64,000 nucleotides of DNA from an uncultured delta proteobacterium. Lineage in GTDB: Bacteria; Desulfobacterota; Binatia; UBA9968. The stretch lies in the NCBI GenBank assembly GCA_963760795.1, contig CAVXEP010000005.1, forward strand, positions 64,001-128,000, written 5' to 3'. Shown here piece after piece: positions 53,149 through 63,574 of this stretch. Numbering within the stretch: the first letter of the stretch is position 1; each line of letters opens with the position of its first letter. The notes beneath the pieces are model-generated. The model was given only the letters and a program-made list of their open reading frames with translations. It did no database searches and was not told the origin of the DNA. The position numbers and the translations under genes were made by a program.

Positions 53149-54243
53149 ATGGCACGTCGGCGTTGGCGACGGTTTATCGTTCTCTGCGGGCTCGCAATAT
53201 TTAGCGCAAATTCGAACGCGCCGTTCGCCGCGGAGAAAGCTCCCTTCTATCAAGGTAAGACTGTCAATATCATCATCAACTTCGCCGCCGGCGGCCCCAC
53301 CGACATCGAAAGCCGGATTTTCGCCAAACATTTAACCAGGCATATACCTGGGCAGCCGACGGTGACCGTGCAAAATATGGGCGGCGGCGGCGGCTTGACC
53401 GCGGTCAACTATCTCGGCGAGGTGGCCAAGTCCGACGGCATGACCGCTGCCTACTTCACCGGCAGCTTGTTTCTCCAACAGATCAAAGACCCGGCGTTGC
53501 GCGTCGATCTGAGCAAGTTCGGCTTTATCACCGGCGTCCATGGCGTCACGGTGTCGTACATTCGCGCCGACGTGGCGCCAGGCATGAAGAAGCCCAGCGA
53601 TTTTTTGAAGGCGCAAAAATTTCGCGCCGCCGGTCTCGGCGTGAACAGTTCCAAAGACGTGCGCTTTCGTCTCTCCTTCGATCTCTTGGGTCTGAAGTAC
53701 GACTATGTCACTGGTTATAATAATAGTTCCGACGCCCGCCTCGCCGTGCAACGCAACGAAGCCCAGTATCACGACGAAACCCTGCCCGGCTACCGCACTC
53801 AGGTCGAGCCGCAGATGGTCAAGACCGGCATGGTAATCCCGCTCTACTACACCGATTTGGTCGCGCCCAGCGGCGAGATCTTAGTCAGCCGCGACGTACC
53901 GGAGCTATTGCCGTTCAGCTACTTTTATCGGGAGATGTTTGGCAAACCGCCTGCGGGTATCAAATACGAAGCGCTGAAAGCAGCGAATATGTCGAGCACC
54001 AACATGACCCGCATGGTGCTCTTGCCGCCTAAAGTCCCCGCGGAATCGATCGCGATCCTGCGCAAAGCCTTCGACGCTTTGTCGAGAGATCAGGATTTCC
54101 TCCAGGATGCGATCGCGGCCATGCGCTTCCAGCCGCGTTTCGAAGTCGGCGCGGCCGGCGAGCGCTTGTTCAAACAGGCGTCACAGGTGTCTCCCGAAGT
54201 TGTCAATTTCCTACGCACGTACATCGACGAGGCGAATAGATAG
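53149..54243 (+). CDS. Bug/TctC-like substrate-binding protein
   Basis: FYQGKT, GGPTD, VQNMGGGGG, YVTGY, AVQRNE. Confidence 0.86.
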   Translation: MARRRWRRFIVLCGLAIFSANSNAPFAAEKAPFYQGKTVNIIINFAAGGPTDIESRIFAKHLTRHIPGQPTVTVQNMGGGGGLTAVNYLGEVAKSDGMTAAYFTGSLFLQQIKDPALRVDLSKFGFITGVHGVTVSYIRADVAPGMKKPSDFLKAQKFRAAGLGVNSSKDVRFRLSFDLLGLKYDYVTGYNNSSDARLAVQRNEAQYHDETLPGYRTQVEPQMVKTGMVIPLYYTDLVAPSGEILVSRDVPELLPFSYFYREMFGKPPAGIKYEALKAANMSSTNMTRMVLLPPKVPAESIAILRKAFDALSRDQDFLQDAIAAMRFQPRFEVGAAGERLFKQASQVSPEVVNFLRTYIDEANR

Positions 54244-54323
54244 TTATTCGAAATAGCGATTGCCGCGGCGCCGTTCAAAATAGATTTAGCCGCTAACTTT
54301 CCAGCGTCAAAGAGGAGAGCACC

Positions 54324-55409
54324 ATGAAACGAAAACACGTATTGCAGATTTCCTGTCTCGGGTTGTTTCTCGCTATTTACACGCCGGTGCGCGCCGCGGA
54401 GAAAGCGCCTTTTTATCAGGGCAAGACGCTCACCGTCATCATCAACTTCGCCGCCGGCGGCCCCACCGATATCGAAGGGCGGGTCATCGCCAAACATTTA
54501 GCGAAGCATATTCCAGGCAACCCCGCGGTAACCATCCAGGCCATGGGCGGGGGCGGCGGCGTGACCGCGGTGAATTTTCTCGGCGAAGTGGCGAAACCGG
54601 ATGGTCTTACCGCCGGCTATCTCACCGGCACGCTGTTTCATCATCAGTTGAAAGAGCCGGGCCTGCGCGTCGACTTCGCCAAGTTCGGCTTTATCTCCGG
54701 CGTCCAGGGCGTGACGGTTTCTTATATTCGCGCCGATCTGCCGCCGGGCATTAAGAAGGCCGCGGACTTCGTCAAGGCCGACCGTTTCAGAGCGGCGGGG
54801 TTGGGCTTAGCGAGTTCCAAGGACGTGCGCTTTCGGTTGTCCTTCGATCTGCTTGGGCTGAAATACGACTACGTGACGGGTTACAATTCGTCTTCAACCG
54901 CCCGCCTGGCGGTGCAACGCGGCGAAGCGCACTACCACGACGAGACGCTGCCGAGCTACCGCGCTGCCGTCGAACCGCAGATGGTGCAAACCGGCATGGT
55001 CACAGCGCTCTATTACACCGATCTGGTCTCCTTCGACGGCGAGATCTTGGTCAGTCCCGATGTCCCGGAGCTGCTCCCTTTCACCCATTATTACCGGCAA
55101 GTTTTTGGCAAGTTGCCGAGCGGCATCAAGTACGACGCATTGAAAGCGGCGAACATGTCAAGCACCAACATGACCCGCACCATCATGCTGCCGCCCAACT
55201 CGCCGCCGGAAGCGGTGACGACGCTGCGGCAAGCCGTGACTGCGCTGTCCAAGGACGCCGACTTCATCGCCGAGTCGCAGAAAGTCATGCGCTTTTATCC
55301 GCGCTTCGAGATCGGCGAACAGGGAGAGAAAACTTTTCAACGGGCCGCCCAAGTACCGCCGGAGCTATTGAGCTTCCTGCGCCAGTATATGGAGCAGGGG
55401 AGTAAGTAA
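54324..55409 (+). CDS. Bug/TctC-like substrate-binding protein, tandem paralog
   Basis: Highly similar to 53149..54243. Confidence 0.86.
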   Translation: MKRKHVLQISCLGLFLAIYTPVRAAEKAPFYQGKTLTVIINFAAGGPTDIEGRVIAKHLAKHIPGNPAVTIQAMGGGGGVTAVNFLGEVAKPDGLTAGYLTGTLFHHQLKEPGLRVDFAKFGFISGVQGVTVSYIRADLPPGIKKAADFVKADRFRAAGLGLASSKDVRFRLSFDLLGLKYDYVTGYNSSSTARLAVQRGEAHYHDETLPSYRAAVEPQMVQTGMVTALYYTDLVSFDGEILVSPDVPELLPFTHYYRQVFGKLPSGIKYDALKAANMSSTNMTRTIMLPPNSPPEAVTTLRQAVTALSKDADFIAESQKVMRFYPRFEIGEQGEKTFQRAAQVPPELLSFLRQYMEQGSK

Positions 55410-55616
55410 GCGGGCATCATAGTTCAAATATGATGGGACGCTCCTGACAAACAGCTGGAGCGCCCCGTACATCTCTGCAATTTTTAGACTGGAAACCAAC
55501 AAAACCTAGTCGTCCTTTTTCCTTCTCTGACTCTGACCGCGCATTTCGCCGGGACCGAACACGGTAGAATGCGCGTTGGCAAAGGTATCACCGGCACGAA
55601 GTGCAGCACAAAGTCC

Positions 55617-55713
55617 TTCGAAGTCGGCGAGCGTTTGTTCAAAGTGGCCTCGCAGACATCGCCCGGAGACCGTCGCTTTGTTGCGCAAGTATATCGAGGA
55701 GGCGAATAAGTAA
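55617..55713 (+). pseudogene. 3' remnant of a third Bug/TctC paralog
   Basis: FEVGERLFKVASQTS..LLRKYIEEANK* compared with FEVGAAGERLFKQASQVSPEVVNFLRTYIDEANR* of 53149. Confidence 0.7.
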
Positions 55714-55765
55714 CGGCGCGAGCTTGCGCGAAGTCGATCGTCAACAACTGTTGAGGCGGCGAATA

Positions 55766-55806
55766 AAACCCCAGCAGGCGCGATCGTTACGCGCCTGTTG
55801 GGGTTT
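55766..55806. terminator. Bidirectional terminator-like hairpin
   Basis: AAACCCCAGCAGGCGCG / CGCGCCTGTTGGGGTTT between convergent genes. Confidence 0.65.
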
Positions 55807-55829
55807 GACCGTAACTGGTGTGGGGTTTG

Positions 55830-56915
55830 TCATGAACAATCCCCTCGGCCATCACAGGAAATCGGCACGCCGCTCAGCGGCACAACTAACCGGCTGCTCG
55901 ATTGACCTTTAAGCTGCGAGTTAAAGCGCTCAAGCTTTGTGCCGGCGTTCACCTTACCCTTGGTCGTGGATATCTGATTGAAATGTTCAGCGATCACGCT
56001 GCGAGGCTTAATCAATTCTTTGACCGCAAAGGCCGCCTCGTCAGGACCCATTGTGAATAGATCGCCGCCGTGAACCACGGCGAGATTAACTCCGTAGAAT
56101 TTAGCTTGCGTGGCCCAGTCGCCAATCAAGCCGGAATCCCCAGTCCACAGAACCGAGAGACCGTTGGTAAAACGAAGGATATAACCCGTCTCATGTCCGG
56201 CATAACCTGTCAGTCCCTCAGGCACCCCGGGGTCGGTTCCGTCGGGCAGAGGGTCAACATGTATTCTAGCCACCCCGCCAGCATGAAAGGCCGGTATCGT
56301 GGTGATTTTGACTCCTTGACTGGCTCCCGACATAACCGCCGTCCGGGTTCCGCCGCGAATGACACCGACACAAGGGGAAGTGCGGGGCACTGTAAAAGTG
56401 TTATCCAGGCCCGTTGCCGGGCATCCCACCGGCGCAACAGTCCCGGCGAGGGTTACCATGTTATTGAGCTTTTTCGTGAAGTAGTCCGGCAATTCTCCGC
56501 CCACCAGGACCGCCGAGTTGAGCCGTGCGGCGATTTCGGGAGCGTTTCCCTCGGTGGGAAATTCAAAAGGCTTTTGTAGCGCTGCGGTAGCGCCGCAGTC
56601 TGTGTCAAACACATTACCAATATGATCGGTGTGCGGGTGATCGATCAGCAGCACGTGCACGCCACCGCTGAGCCGTGGATCAGCCGAGCCCCTGACATTA
56701 ACGGCGCCGCCCATGTCGAGTCCCACGGTGCGCCCGGGCGCGATGAGTACGCGCACACCGGTCGGATCTTCGAAGAGCAACGCCCGGTCGCCGGCGCAAA
56801 ATTCGCCCGCTTGCGCGCCGAGCGGTGTAATCGTAACGTTCTGCGCGTGGACCGCCGGCAAACCCAGGCTGGCACAGATACAAATAATTAGACTGACAAA
56901 CCATTTTACGTACAT
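55830..56915 (-). CDS. Secreted MBL-fold metallo-hydrolase
   Basis: Signal peptide; HPHTDH, PAFH, WTGDSG, FTMGPDEAAFAV; AAGGAGG RBS. Confidence 0.82.
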   Translation of the reverse strand: MYVKWFVSLIICICASLGLPAVHAQNVTITPLGAQAGEFCAGDRALLFEDPTGVRVLIAPGRTVGLDMGGAVNVRGSADPRLSGGVHVLLIDHPHTDHIGNVFDTDCGATAALQKPFEFPTEGNAPEIAARLNSAVLVGGELPDYFTKKLNNMVTLAGTVAPVGCPATGLDNTFTVPRTSPCVGVIRGGTRTAVMSGASQGVKITTIPAFHAGGVARIHVDPLPDGTDPGVPEGLTGYAGHETGYILRFTNGLSVLWTGDSGLIGDWATQAKFYGVNLAVVHGGDLFTMGPDEAAFAVKELIKPRSVIAEHFNQISTTKGKVNAGTKLERFNSQLKGQSSSRLVVPLSGVPISCDGRGDCS

Positions 56916-57160
56916 GGACCTGTCCTCCTTTAACCTAGGTAAAATTGACCTCCTCTCCTCTACCACGTGAAACGGATATCTCTAATAGCCAAATTAGGCT
57001 CGGTCGACAACCTCCACCAACGCCAATGGCCCGGAGACTCAGCTGGCTCCGGGCCGGTGCCACGGTTACGCGCGGGATCAAAGTCGCTTTGAAAATATAA
57101 GCCGTAGTCAAGAATGTTCTCCCGCAGAAATTTCTCCCGCAGTATATGGAGCCTGCAACA

Positions 57161-57196
57161 AAAAAGCTCTCCGATTTTGTCATCGGAGAGCTTTTT
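57161..57196 (-). terminator. Rho-independent terminator after CHRD gene
   Basis: Perfect AAAAAGCTCTCCGAT / ATCGGAGAGCTTTTT stem. Confidence 0.8.
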
Positions 57197-57245
57197 GGGT
57201 TTTGCTTAAGATTGATTGCGTTATGCTCTAGTCGCGACGTTCGCT

Positions 57246-57840
57246 TCATTCAACCTGTCCGCGGATTTCACCGGGTGTGTGTAGCGTCGAGTGAACGTTG
57301 GCATAGGCGGCGCCACCACGAATTGCGCGAAGGATCTCATCAAACTCTCCTGCTGCGATCCCTTGAGCGGTTTGGGCAAGCACCTGAGCGGCTACGATCG
57401 TCCCCTTGACGGTGCCCTCGACTAGGGCAGATGGGTGTAGCGGCCACCTCCGGCGGACTCGTCGGGGCCGGAGTACCAGTGGTCTGGCAAAGCCAAATCA
57501 CAATGCCGCCAACGGTGTGGCGCTGGCCGAAGTGGATGTGGGCTTGCGTCACTGTTCCCTCTAGGCCTTCATAGCTGAGCTCGTAATCGATTACGTCCTC
57601 GCCCTTGCGGAGATTGGCCTTGAACGATCCCTTAGCCTTAGTTGAAATCGCACCGCGAAGCGCCGGCGGCACAATTGGCGTCACCGTCGTGTTCCCAGCG
57701 ACAAAGTGAACCTCGTTGAAACCAGAAAGCTCAGTGGAGAACTTGTGATCCTTATTATTCCCCTTGTCGTCCGAATACCCATTCCCAACGACAAGGAATA
57801 ACATCGCGATAGCACAAACCGCGCTAAAAACGATCTTCAT
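57246..57840 (-). CDS. Secreted CHRD domain protein (frameshift ~57420)
   Basis: LSGFNEV, TQAHIH, and after the shift AYANVHS..PGEIRGQ*. Confidence 0.82.
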
Positions 57841-58075
57841 AAAACTCCTCCTTCAAAATCCGGTCGATGCTCACCTCACCTGCTCCTCAATCCGGTCAGA
57901 GCAATAACAACTACGAAAACTTCCCACAAGCCCCATTCGGGTAAGCTGATGATCGCCCCCTTTAAGGAAGAAGGATGGCCGGCGCATTGACTCACTTCGA
58001 TGCACCATGTTATCCGGGCGGAAGAGATACGCGTCGCCAGCCGCACTGGCCAGCAAAGGTAGGGAGATCACCGTC

Positions 58076-59125
58076 ATGTTGCATGCGATATCCGGTCTAG
58101 TAGTCTTTTCAGTTCTTTTCGCCAACCAACTCTTCGCCCAGCCGCGCAAGCCCGCCACCGTGTCGGAAATCTCCACCTACATGGGCGCGGACCGCGAGCA
58201 GCTGCTCTATGCCGGCGCCAAGAGCGAAGGCGTGATCACCTGGTACACCTCGCTGGCGGGCGACTCGTACAAGGCGCTGGCGCGGGCCTTCGAAACCAAA
58301 TATCCGGGCGTGCGCGTCGAAGCGTTTCGCGCCGGCGGCAGCGAACTGGTCACGCGCATGTCGGAGGAAACCAAGGCGCGGCGGCCGACCATGGATGCGC
58401 TCGAAACCACCTACGATTTCACCATGGTGTCGAAGGCCTACGGCCTCACCCGGCCGTACAATTCGCCGCTGCTCGCCGCCTACCCAAGCGACGCCAAGGA
58501 GAAGGCCGATGCCGGTCTAACCTTCTGGACGATCTTTCGCGAATCGTACATGGGCTTCGGTTTTAGCAAGGATCAGGTGCCGGCCGATGCCGTGCCCAAA
58601 GGTTTCGACGGCCTGCTCCATCCGCAGTTGAAAGGGAAATTGGGCATCACGCTCAATGAAAGTTCGGCGCGCATGATCGGCGCCATGATTAAAATCAAGG
58701 GCGAAGCCTTCGTCAAAAAACTCAAAGCGCAGCAGATCCGCATTTACACCGTCAGCAGCGCCGCGCTGGTGGACCTGATGGCGTCCGGCGAGCTCGGCGC
58801 GTCGTTTCATATTTACAGAAATCACGCCATGGTCTCGGCCGAGCGCGGCTCGCCGGCAAGCTGGGTGCCGATGGAACTGGTGCCGACCAACTCTGGCTGC
58901 GTCAGCCTCAGCGCCCAGCCGCCGCACCCGCACGCCGCGACGCTGTTTGTCGACTTTCTGCTCGGCGCCGAAGCGCGCAAGGTGTTGGAGAAGTTTCAAT
59001 ACGGCCATCCGTCCAACAACCTGCCGTTCAAACGCTGGCATCCCGGCTTCGGCCGCTCCCTCGAACAATTCGAGAAAGACAGCGAGAAGTGGGAAAAGCT
59101 CGCCAAGGAAATCACCCAACGGTGA
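58076..59125 (+). CDS. Extracellular solute-binding protein (AfuA-type), array member 1
   Basis: GAKSEG..WYTSLAG, PPHPHAA.LFVDF. Confidence 0.87.
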   Translation: MLHAISGLVVFSVLFANQLFAQPRKPATVSEISTYMGADREQLLYAGAKSEGVITWYTSLAGDSYKALARAFETKYPGVRVEAFRAGGSELVTRMSEETKARRPTMDALETTYDFTMVSKAYGLTRPYNSPLLAAYPSDAKEKADAGLTFWTIFRESYMGFGFSKDQVPADAVPKGFDGLLHPQLKGKLGITLNESSARMIGAMIKIKGEAFVKKLKAQQIRIYTVSSAALVDLMASGELGASFHIYRNHAMVSAERGSPASWVPMELVPTNSGCVSLSAQPPHPHAATLFVDFLLGAEARKVLEKFQYGHPSNNLPFKRWHPGFGRSLEQFEKDSEKWEKLAKEITQR

Positions 59126-59147
59126 CGCAGCAGAGGAGACTCCCGCG

Positions 59148-60203
59148 ATGCACGTTCTAGTATTGGTCCTATCCTTCCTATCCATCGGATCGGTCCTACG
59201 CCCCGCTGATCTCCACGCCCAAGCGCGCAAGCCGACGACGATCGCCGAGCTGGCCGCCTACAGTGGCAAAGACCGCGAGCAACTGCTCTACGCCGGTGCC
59301 AAGAGCGAAGGCAAACTGACCTGGTACACGTCCCTTGCCGGCGACTCCTACAAAGCCATCGCGCGCGCCTTCGAGGTCAAATACCCCGCCGTGCGGCTGG
59401 AGGTCTATCGCGCCGGCGGCACCGATTTCATCATGCGCATGATCGAAGAAGTCAAAGCGCGCCGGCCGGCTTGCGACGCATTGGAGACCTCTGAGGATTC
59501 GTTACTGTTGGCGCGCGCGAATAATTTACTCCAGCCTTACTTCTCGCCGCATTTGAGCAAGTATCCCGACGACGCCATGGAAAAAGCGGGCAAGGGCTGG
59601 AGTCATTGGACCACCATCCGCGAATCTTACCTGGGCTTCGGCTACAACAAGACGCAGATTCCGGCCCAAGCGGTGCCGAAAAATTTCGACGGCTTGCTAC
59701 ATCCCGAGCTCAAGGGCAAATTGAGCATCACCCTGAACGAGTCGGCGACGCGCGCCATCGGCGCCATGATCAAAGTGAAAGACGAAGCGTTCGTCAGAAA
59801 ACTCAAAGCCCAGGAGATCAAAGCCTATACCGTCAGCAGCGCCGCCATGGCCGACTTGATCGCCTCGGGCGAAATCGCGGGATCGTTTCAAATCTTTCGC
59901 AATCACGCTCTGGTCTCGGCCGAACGGGGTTCAGCAGTGGGCTGGGTGCCGATGGAGCTGGTGCCGACCAACGCCGGCTCGGTGGCGCTGGCCGCCCATG
60001 CGCTCCATCCGCACGGCGCTCTTTTGCTGGTCGACTTTCTGCTCGCCGACGCGCCGAAGATTCTCGATAAGTTTAACTACGGCCATCCGGCAACAGACTA
60101 CGGCTTCAAAAGATGGTACCAAGATCAGGGGCGATCCTTGGAAGACTACGAGAAGGACAGCATAAAGTGGGGTAAACTCGCCAGAGAAATCAGCCAACGC
60201 TAA
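59148..60203 (+). CDS. Extracellular solute-binding protein, array member 2
   Basis: Paralog of member 1; GAGGAG RBS. Confidence 0.87.
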   Translation: MHVLVLVLSFLSIGSVLRPADLHAQARKPTTIAELAAYSGKDREQLLYAGAKSEGKLTWYTSLAGDSYKAIARAFEVKYPAVRLEVYRAGGTDFIMRMIEEVKARRPACDALETSEDSLLLARANNLLQPYFSPHLSKYPDDAMEKAGKGWSHWTTIRESYLGFGYNKTQIPAQAVPKNFDGLLHPELKGKLSITLNESATRAIGAMIKVKDEAFVRKLKAQEIKAYTVSSAAMADLIASGEIAGSFQIFRNHALVSAERGSAVGWVPMELVPTNAGSVALAAHALHPHGALLLVDFLLADAPKILDKFNYGHPATDYGFKRWYQDQGRSLEDYEKDSIKWGKLAREISQR

Positions 60204-60225
60204 CACACCAAAGGAAACTATCGCG

Positions 60226-61279
60226 ATGCATTTTCTAATATTCGTCCTAACGCTCGGATCCGTCCTGTTCCCCAACGACCTGCTCGCCCAACGTAAGCCG
60301 CAGACCATCTCCGAACTCGTCACCTACAACGGCAAAGACCGCGAAGCTATGCTCTACGCCGGCGCCAAGAGCGAAGGCAAAGTCACCTGGTACACGTCGC
60401 TTTCCGGCGACTCGTATAAGGGCATGGCCAAGGCCTTTGAAGCCAAGTATCCCGGCGTCAAGCTCGATGCCTACCGCGTTTCGGGCTCCGACATGACCGT
60501 GCGCATGATGGAGGAGTCGAAGGCCAAGCGTTACATCGTCGATGCCGTCGAGACCACCGAAGGCAACTTGATGTTCATGCGCGATGCTTTTCTCTTGCGT
60601 CCCTATCACTCACCGCACTTCGCCAGCTATCCGGAGGACGCCAAGGAAAAAGGCGAGCGCGGATTATATTTCTGGGGCATCGCGCGGGAGTCTTATATCG
60701 GTTTTGCCTACAACAAGAAGCTCCTGTCGAAAAACGCCGTGCCGAAAAACTATGAAGGGCTGCTCCATCCAGAGCTCAAAGGCCGCATGGGCGTGTCGGT
60801 CAGCGATCCCGCCTACAAAGTCATCGGCGCCATGCTGCGCACCAAGGGCCAAGAGTTCGTCAAGAAATTGAAGGTGCAAGAAATCGCCCTGCACACGATC
60901 ATTCCGCCGGCGCTGTTGGAATTGATCGCGTCAGGTGAAGTGCTGGCGTCGCCCGGCATCTTTCGCAACCACACGTTGAACGCGATCAGCAAAGGCGCGC
61001 CGGTGGAATGGGTGCCCATGGACATCGTGCCGACCAATGTCGGCGGCGCCGCCATCGCCGTGCAACCGCCGCACCCGCACGGCGCTTTGCTGCTGGCCGA
61101 TTATCTTCTCGGCAGCGAAGGCCAAGCGGTCTTGGAGAAATATGAATATGGCAGCGCGGCGAAGAAACTCGGTTTCAACAAATGGCGCCCCGACCATGGC
61201 ATCACTACCGACAAGTACGAAAAGGAGCTGGAGCGCTGGGAAAAGCTGCTGAAAGAGATCAGCCGCCGGGGCGTCGTAA
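60226..61279 (+). CDS. Extracellular solute-binding protein, array member 3 (indel just before stop)
   Basis: Homology ends at EISRR; TAA at 61277-61279 is out of frame. Confidence 0.83.
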
Positions 61280-61342
61280 AAGTGAGTTCGGCTTGTCAGC
61301 GGAGCCGGCGCACGATAAGAGTTTTGCAGGAGAGCCACAACG

Positions 61343-62407
61343 ATGCCCGTCTTATTATTCGTCCTATCAGTCCTAGCGCTCGGATCGGTGCTATTCCCCG
61401 GCGAACTCGGCGCGCAGTCGCGCAAACCGCAGACCGCTTCCGAGCTGGTCACCTACAACGGCAAAGACCGCGAAGCGGTGCTTTACACCGGCGCGAAGAC
61501 CGAAGGGAAAGCGACCTGGTACACGTCCCTCGCCGGCGACTCCTACAAGGCCATGATCAAGGCCTTCGAGACAAAATATGCCGGCGTCAAAATCGAAGCC
61601 TACCGCGCCAACGGCGGCGAGATCACCAACCGTATGTTCGAGGAAGCCAAGGCGAGAAAGTCCATCGTCGACACTATCGAAACCACCGAATCAAACTTAA
61701 TGTTCCAGCGCGAGGCGTTTTTGCTACGGCCTTATCACTCTCCCTATTTTGCCTCCTATCCCGAGGACGCCAAGGTCAAAGGCGAACGCGGCCTCTACTT
61801 CTGGGGTACGGCGCGGGAGTCCTACATCGGCTTCGGCTACAATAGAAATCTTTTGCCCAAAGAGGCCGTGCCGAAAAACTACGACGGCCTGCTCCATCCC
61901 GCGCTCAAAGGCAGAATGGGCCTCACCCTCGACGATACCAGCAACAAGTCCATCGCCGGCATGCTGAAAACCCGCGGGCCTGAATTTCTGAAAAAACTCA
62001 AAGGCCAGGATATCCCTCTGCACACGATCATCCCGCCAGCTTTGCTCGATCTCATCGCCTCGGGAGAACTGATCGCCGGCGCAGCGATCTTTCGTAACCA
62101 TGTCATCGTCGCCCAGCAAAAAGGCGCGCCGGTGGAATGGGTCGCCATGGATGTGGTGCCGACCAACGTCGGCGGCGTCGCCATCGCCGCGCAACCGCCC
62201 CATCCCCACGCCGCGTTGCTGCTCGCCGACTACCTGCTCGGCCCCGAAGGCCAAGGCATCCTAGAGAAATATCACTACGGCAACGGCGCAAAAAACTACG
62301 GCTTCAAAAAATGGCGCCCCGAACGCGACCTGCCGCTGGATAAATACGAGAAAGAACTCGAACGGTGGGACAAGCTACTGAAGGAAACCGGCCGCAAAGG
62401 CGCGTGA
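61343..62407 (+). CDS. Extracellular solute-binding protein, array member 4
   Basis: Closest to member 3 (GERGLYFWG, LHTIIPPALL). Confidence 0.87.
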   Translation: MPVLLFVLSVLALGSVLFPGELGAQSRKPQTASELVTYNGKDREAVLYTGAKTEGKATWYTSLAGDSYKAMIKAFETKYAGVKIEAYRANGGEITNRMFEEAKARKSIVDTIETTESNLMFQREAFLLRPYHSPYFASYPEDAKVKGERGLYFWGTARESYIGFGYNRNLLPKEAVPKNYDGLLHPALKGRMGLTLDDTSNKSIAGMLKTRGPEFLKKLKGQDIPLHTIIPPALLDLIASGELIAGAAIFRNHVIVAQQKGAPVEWVAMDVVPTNVGGVAIAAQPPHPHAALLLADYLLGPEGQGILEKYHYGNGAKNYGFKKWRPERDLPLDKYEKELERWDKLLKETGRKGA

Positions 62408-62446
62408 ATGGTGCCGCAACCGATAACCAAATAGGAAAAAAGAATT

Positions 62447-62558
62447 AGCCGCAAAGAACGCAAGGTTCGCAAAAAGTATTCGGATTTTGTCGGGGCGCGG
62501 TCTCACCCGTCCTCACAAACCCAATTCTTTTTTGCGCCCTTTGCGTTCTATGCGGCCA
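62447..62558. repeat. GCCGCAAAGAACGCAA-type palindromic repeat
   Basis: GCCGCAAAGAACGCAAGG...CCTTTGCGTTCTATGCGGC; half copy at ~63697-63721. Confidence 0.7.
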
Positions 62559-62566
62559 TTCCCCTC

Positions 62567-63574
62567 CTACTTCCCCTCATAAAGCTTTTTGATAAAGCCG
62601 CTCTTTTCCAACTCGGCGACGAAGCTGGTATCGACGAACTCTTCGGGTTTGTGCGTGCGGATCTCCGGGCGGCGAAACGCCGCGATCTCATAGATCGCAT
62701 CGAGATTTTTGGTGATCGGATAGGGCACGGAAATAAAGTCTTCCCGGAACATGTTGTAGGAACCTTCAAGATATTCCGCATCGGTGGTGCGCATGTATTT
62801 GGTCAGCACTCGTTTGCTGAATTCCTTATTCTGCTTGAGATAGGCGATGCCTTCGACAAACGACCGCACGAAGCGCATCACCGTGTCGCGCTCTTCGCGA
62901 ATGGTCTTGCGCCGCGTCACCACCGATGCGGTCGGATAGACAATTTCTTTGCGCGCATCGAGCAAGGGGCGAAAGCCTTTGCGCTCCGCCTCAACGTCGG
63001 CGGGGTAAGTCATGTCCGCCGCATCCACCGTGCCGGCCATCAATGCCTGCAACCGCTCCGCGGTATTGCCGACCGCTAGCCAGATGATCTCGCGCGTCGT
63101 GTCTATGCCGTATTTGCGCAGCACGTAGCCGAACAACAGATCGCCGGCGGAACCCAAGCTCGATATGCCGATCCGTTTCCCCTTGAGATCTTCGACCTTG
63201 CGAATCTCCGGCCGCACCATGAGACGGCTCGCCTGCACGCCGATGCCGTGGGCAACGTTGACCAGATCAGCGCCGGTCAAGTCCGCCAACATAACCTGCG
63301 GCAGCGCGACGGACGCCGCGAACAGACTACCCGAGAGCATGGCCTGCGAAGTCCGCCCCGAACCATTGAGCAAAACCGCCTCGACATCCAACCCGTTCTT
63401 CTCAAAAATCTTCGCCTCCTTGGCGATCCAAGGGATCCACAAGGTCGGCGACAACGTCGACACGCCCCAATAGATTTTTTTCAGCGGCTTGTCCTGCGCC
63501 GCGCCTTGCGTTGCGAATATGGTCAGCACCAGAATCAACACTAGCAACCCACGTCGCCTAACGATTTTGGTCAT
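62567..63574 (-). CDS. NMT1/SsuA-like substrate-binding protein
   Basis: Signal peptide; WIAKEAKIFEKNGLDVE, DLKGKRIGIS, PEEFVDTSFV. Confidence 0.87.
   Translation of the reverse strand: MTKIVRRRGLLVLILVLTIFATQGAAQDKPLKKIYWGVSTLSPTLWIPWIAKEAKIFEKNGLDVEAVLLNGSGRTSQAMLSGSLFAASVALPQVMLADLTGADLVNVAHGIGVQASRLMVRPEIRKVEDLKGKRIGISSLGSAGDLLFGYVLRKYGIDTTREIIWLAVGNTAERLQALMAGTVDAADMTYPADVEAERKGFRPLLDARKEIVYPTASVVTRRKTIREERDTVMRFVRSFVEGIAYLKQNKEFSKRVLTKYMRTTDAEYLEGSYNMFREDFISVPYPITKNLDAIYEIAAFRRPEIRTHKPEEFVDTSFVAELEKSGFIKKLYEGK

Noticed and set aside
57117-57142. TTCTCCCGCAG direct repeat as a regulator binding site
   Set aside because: Only two copies and no regulator gene nearby; not enough support.
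60226-61845. 539-aa extended SBP
   Set aside because: An indel just before the stop lets the frame run out of register over the next paralog.
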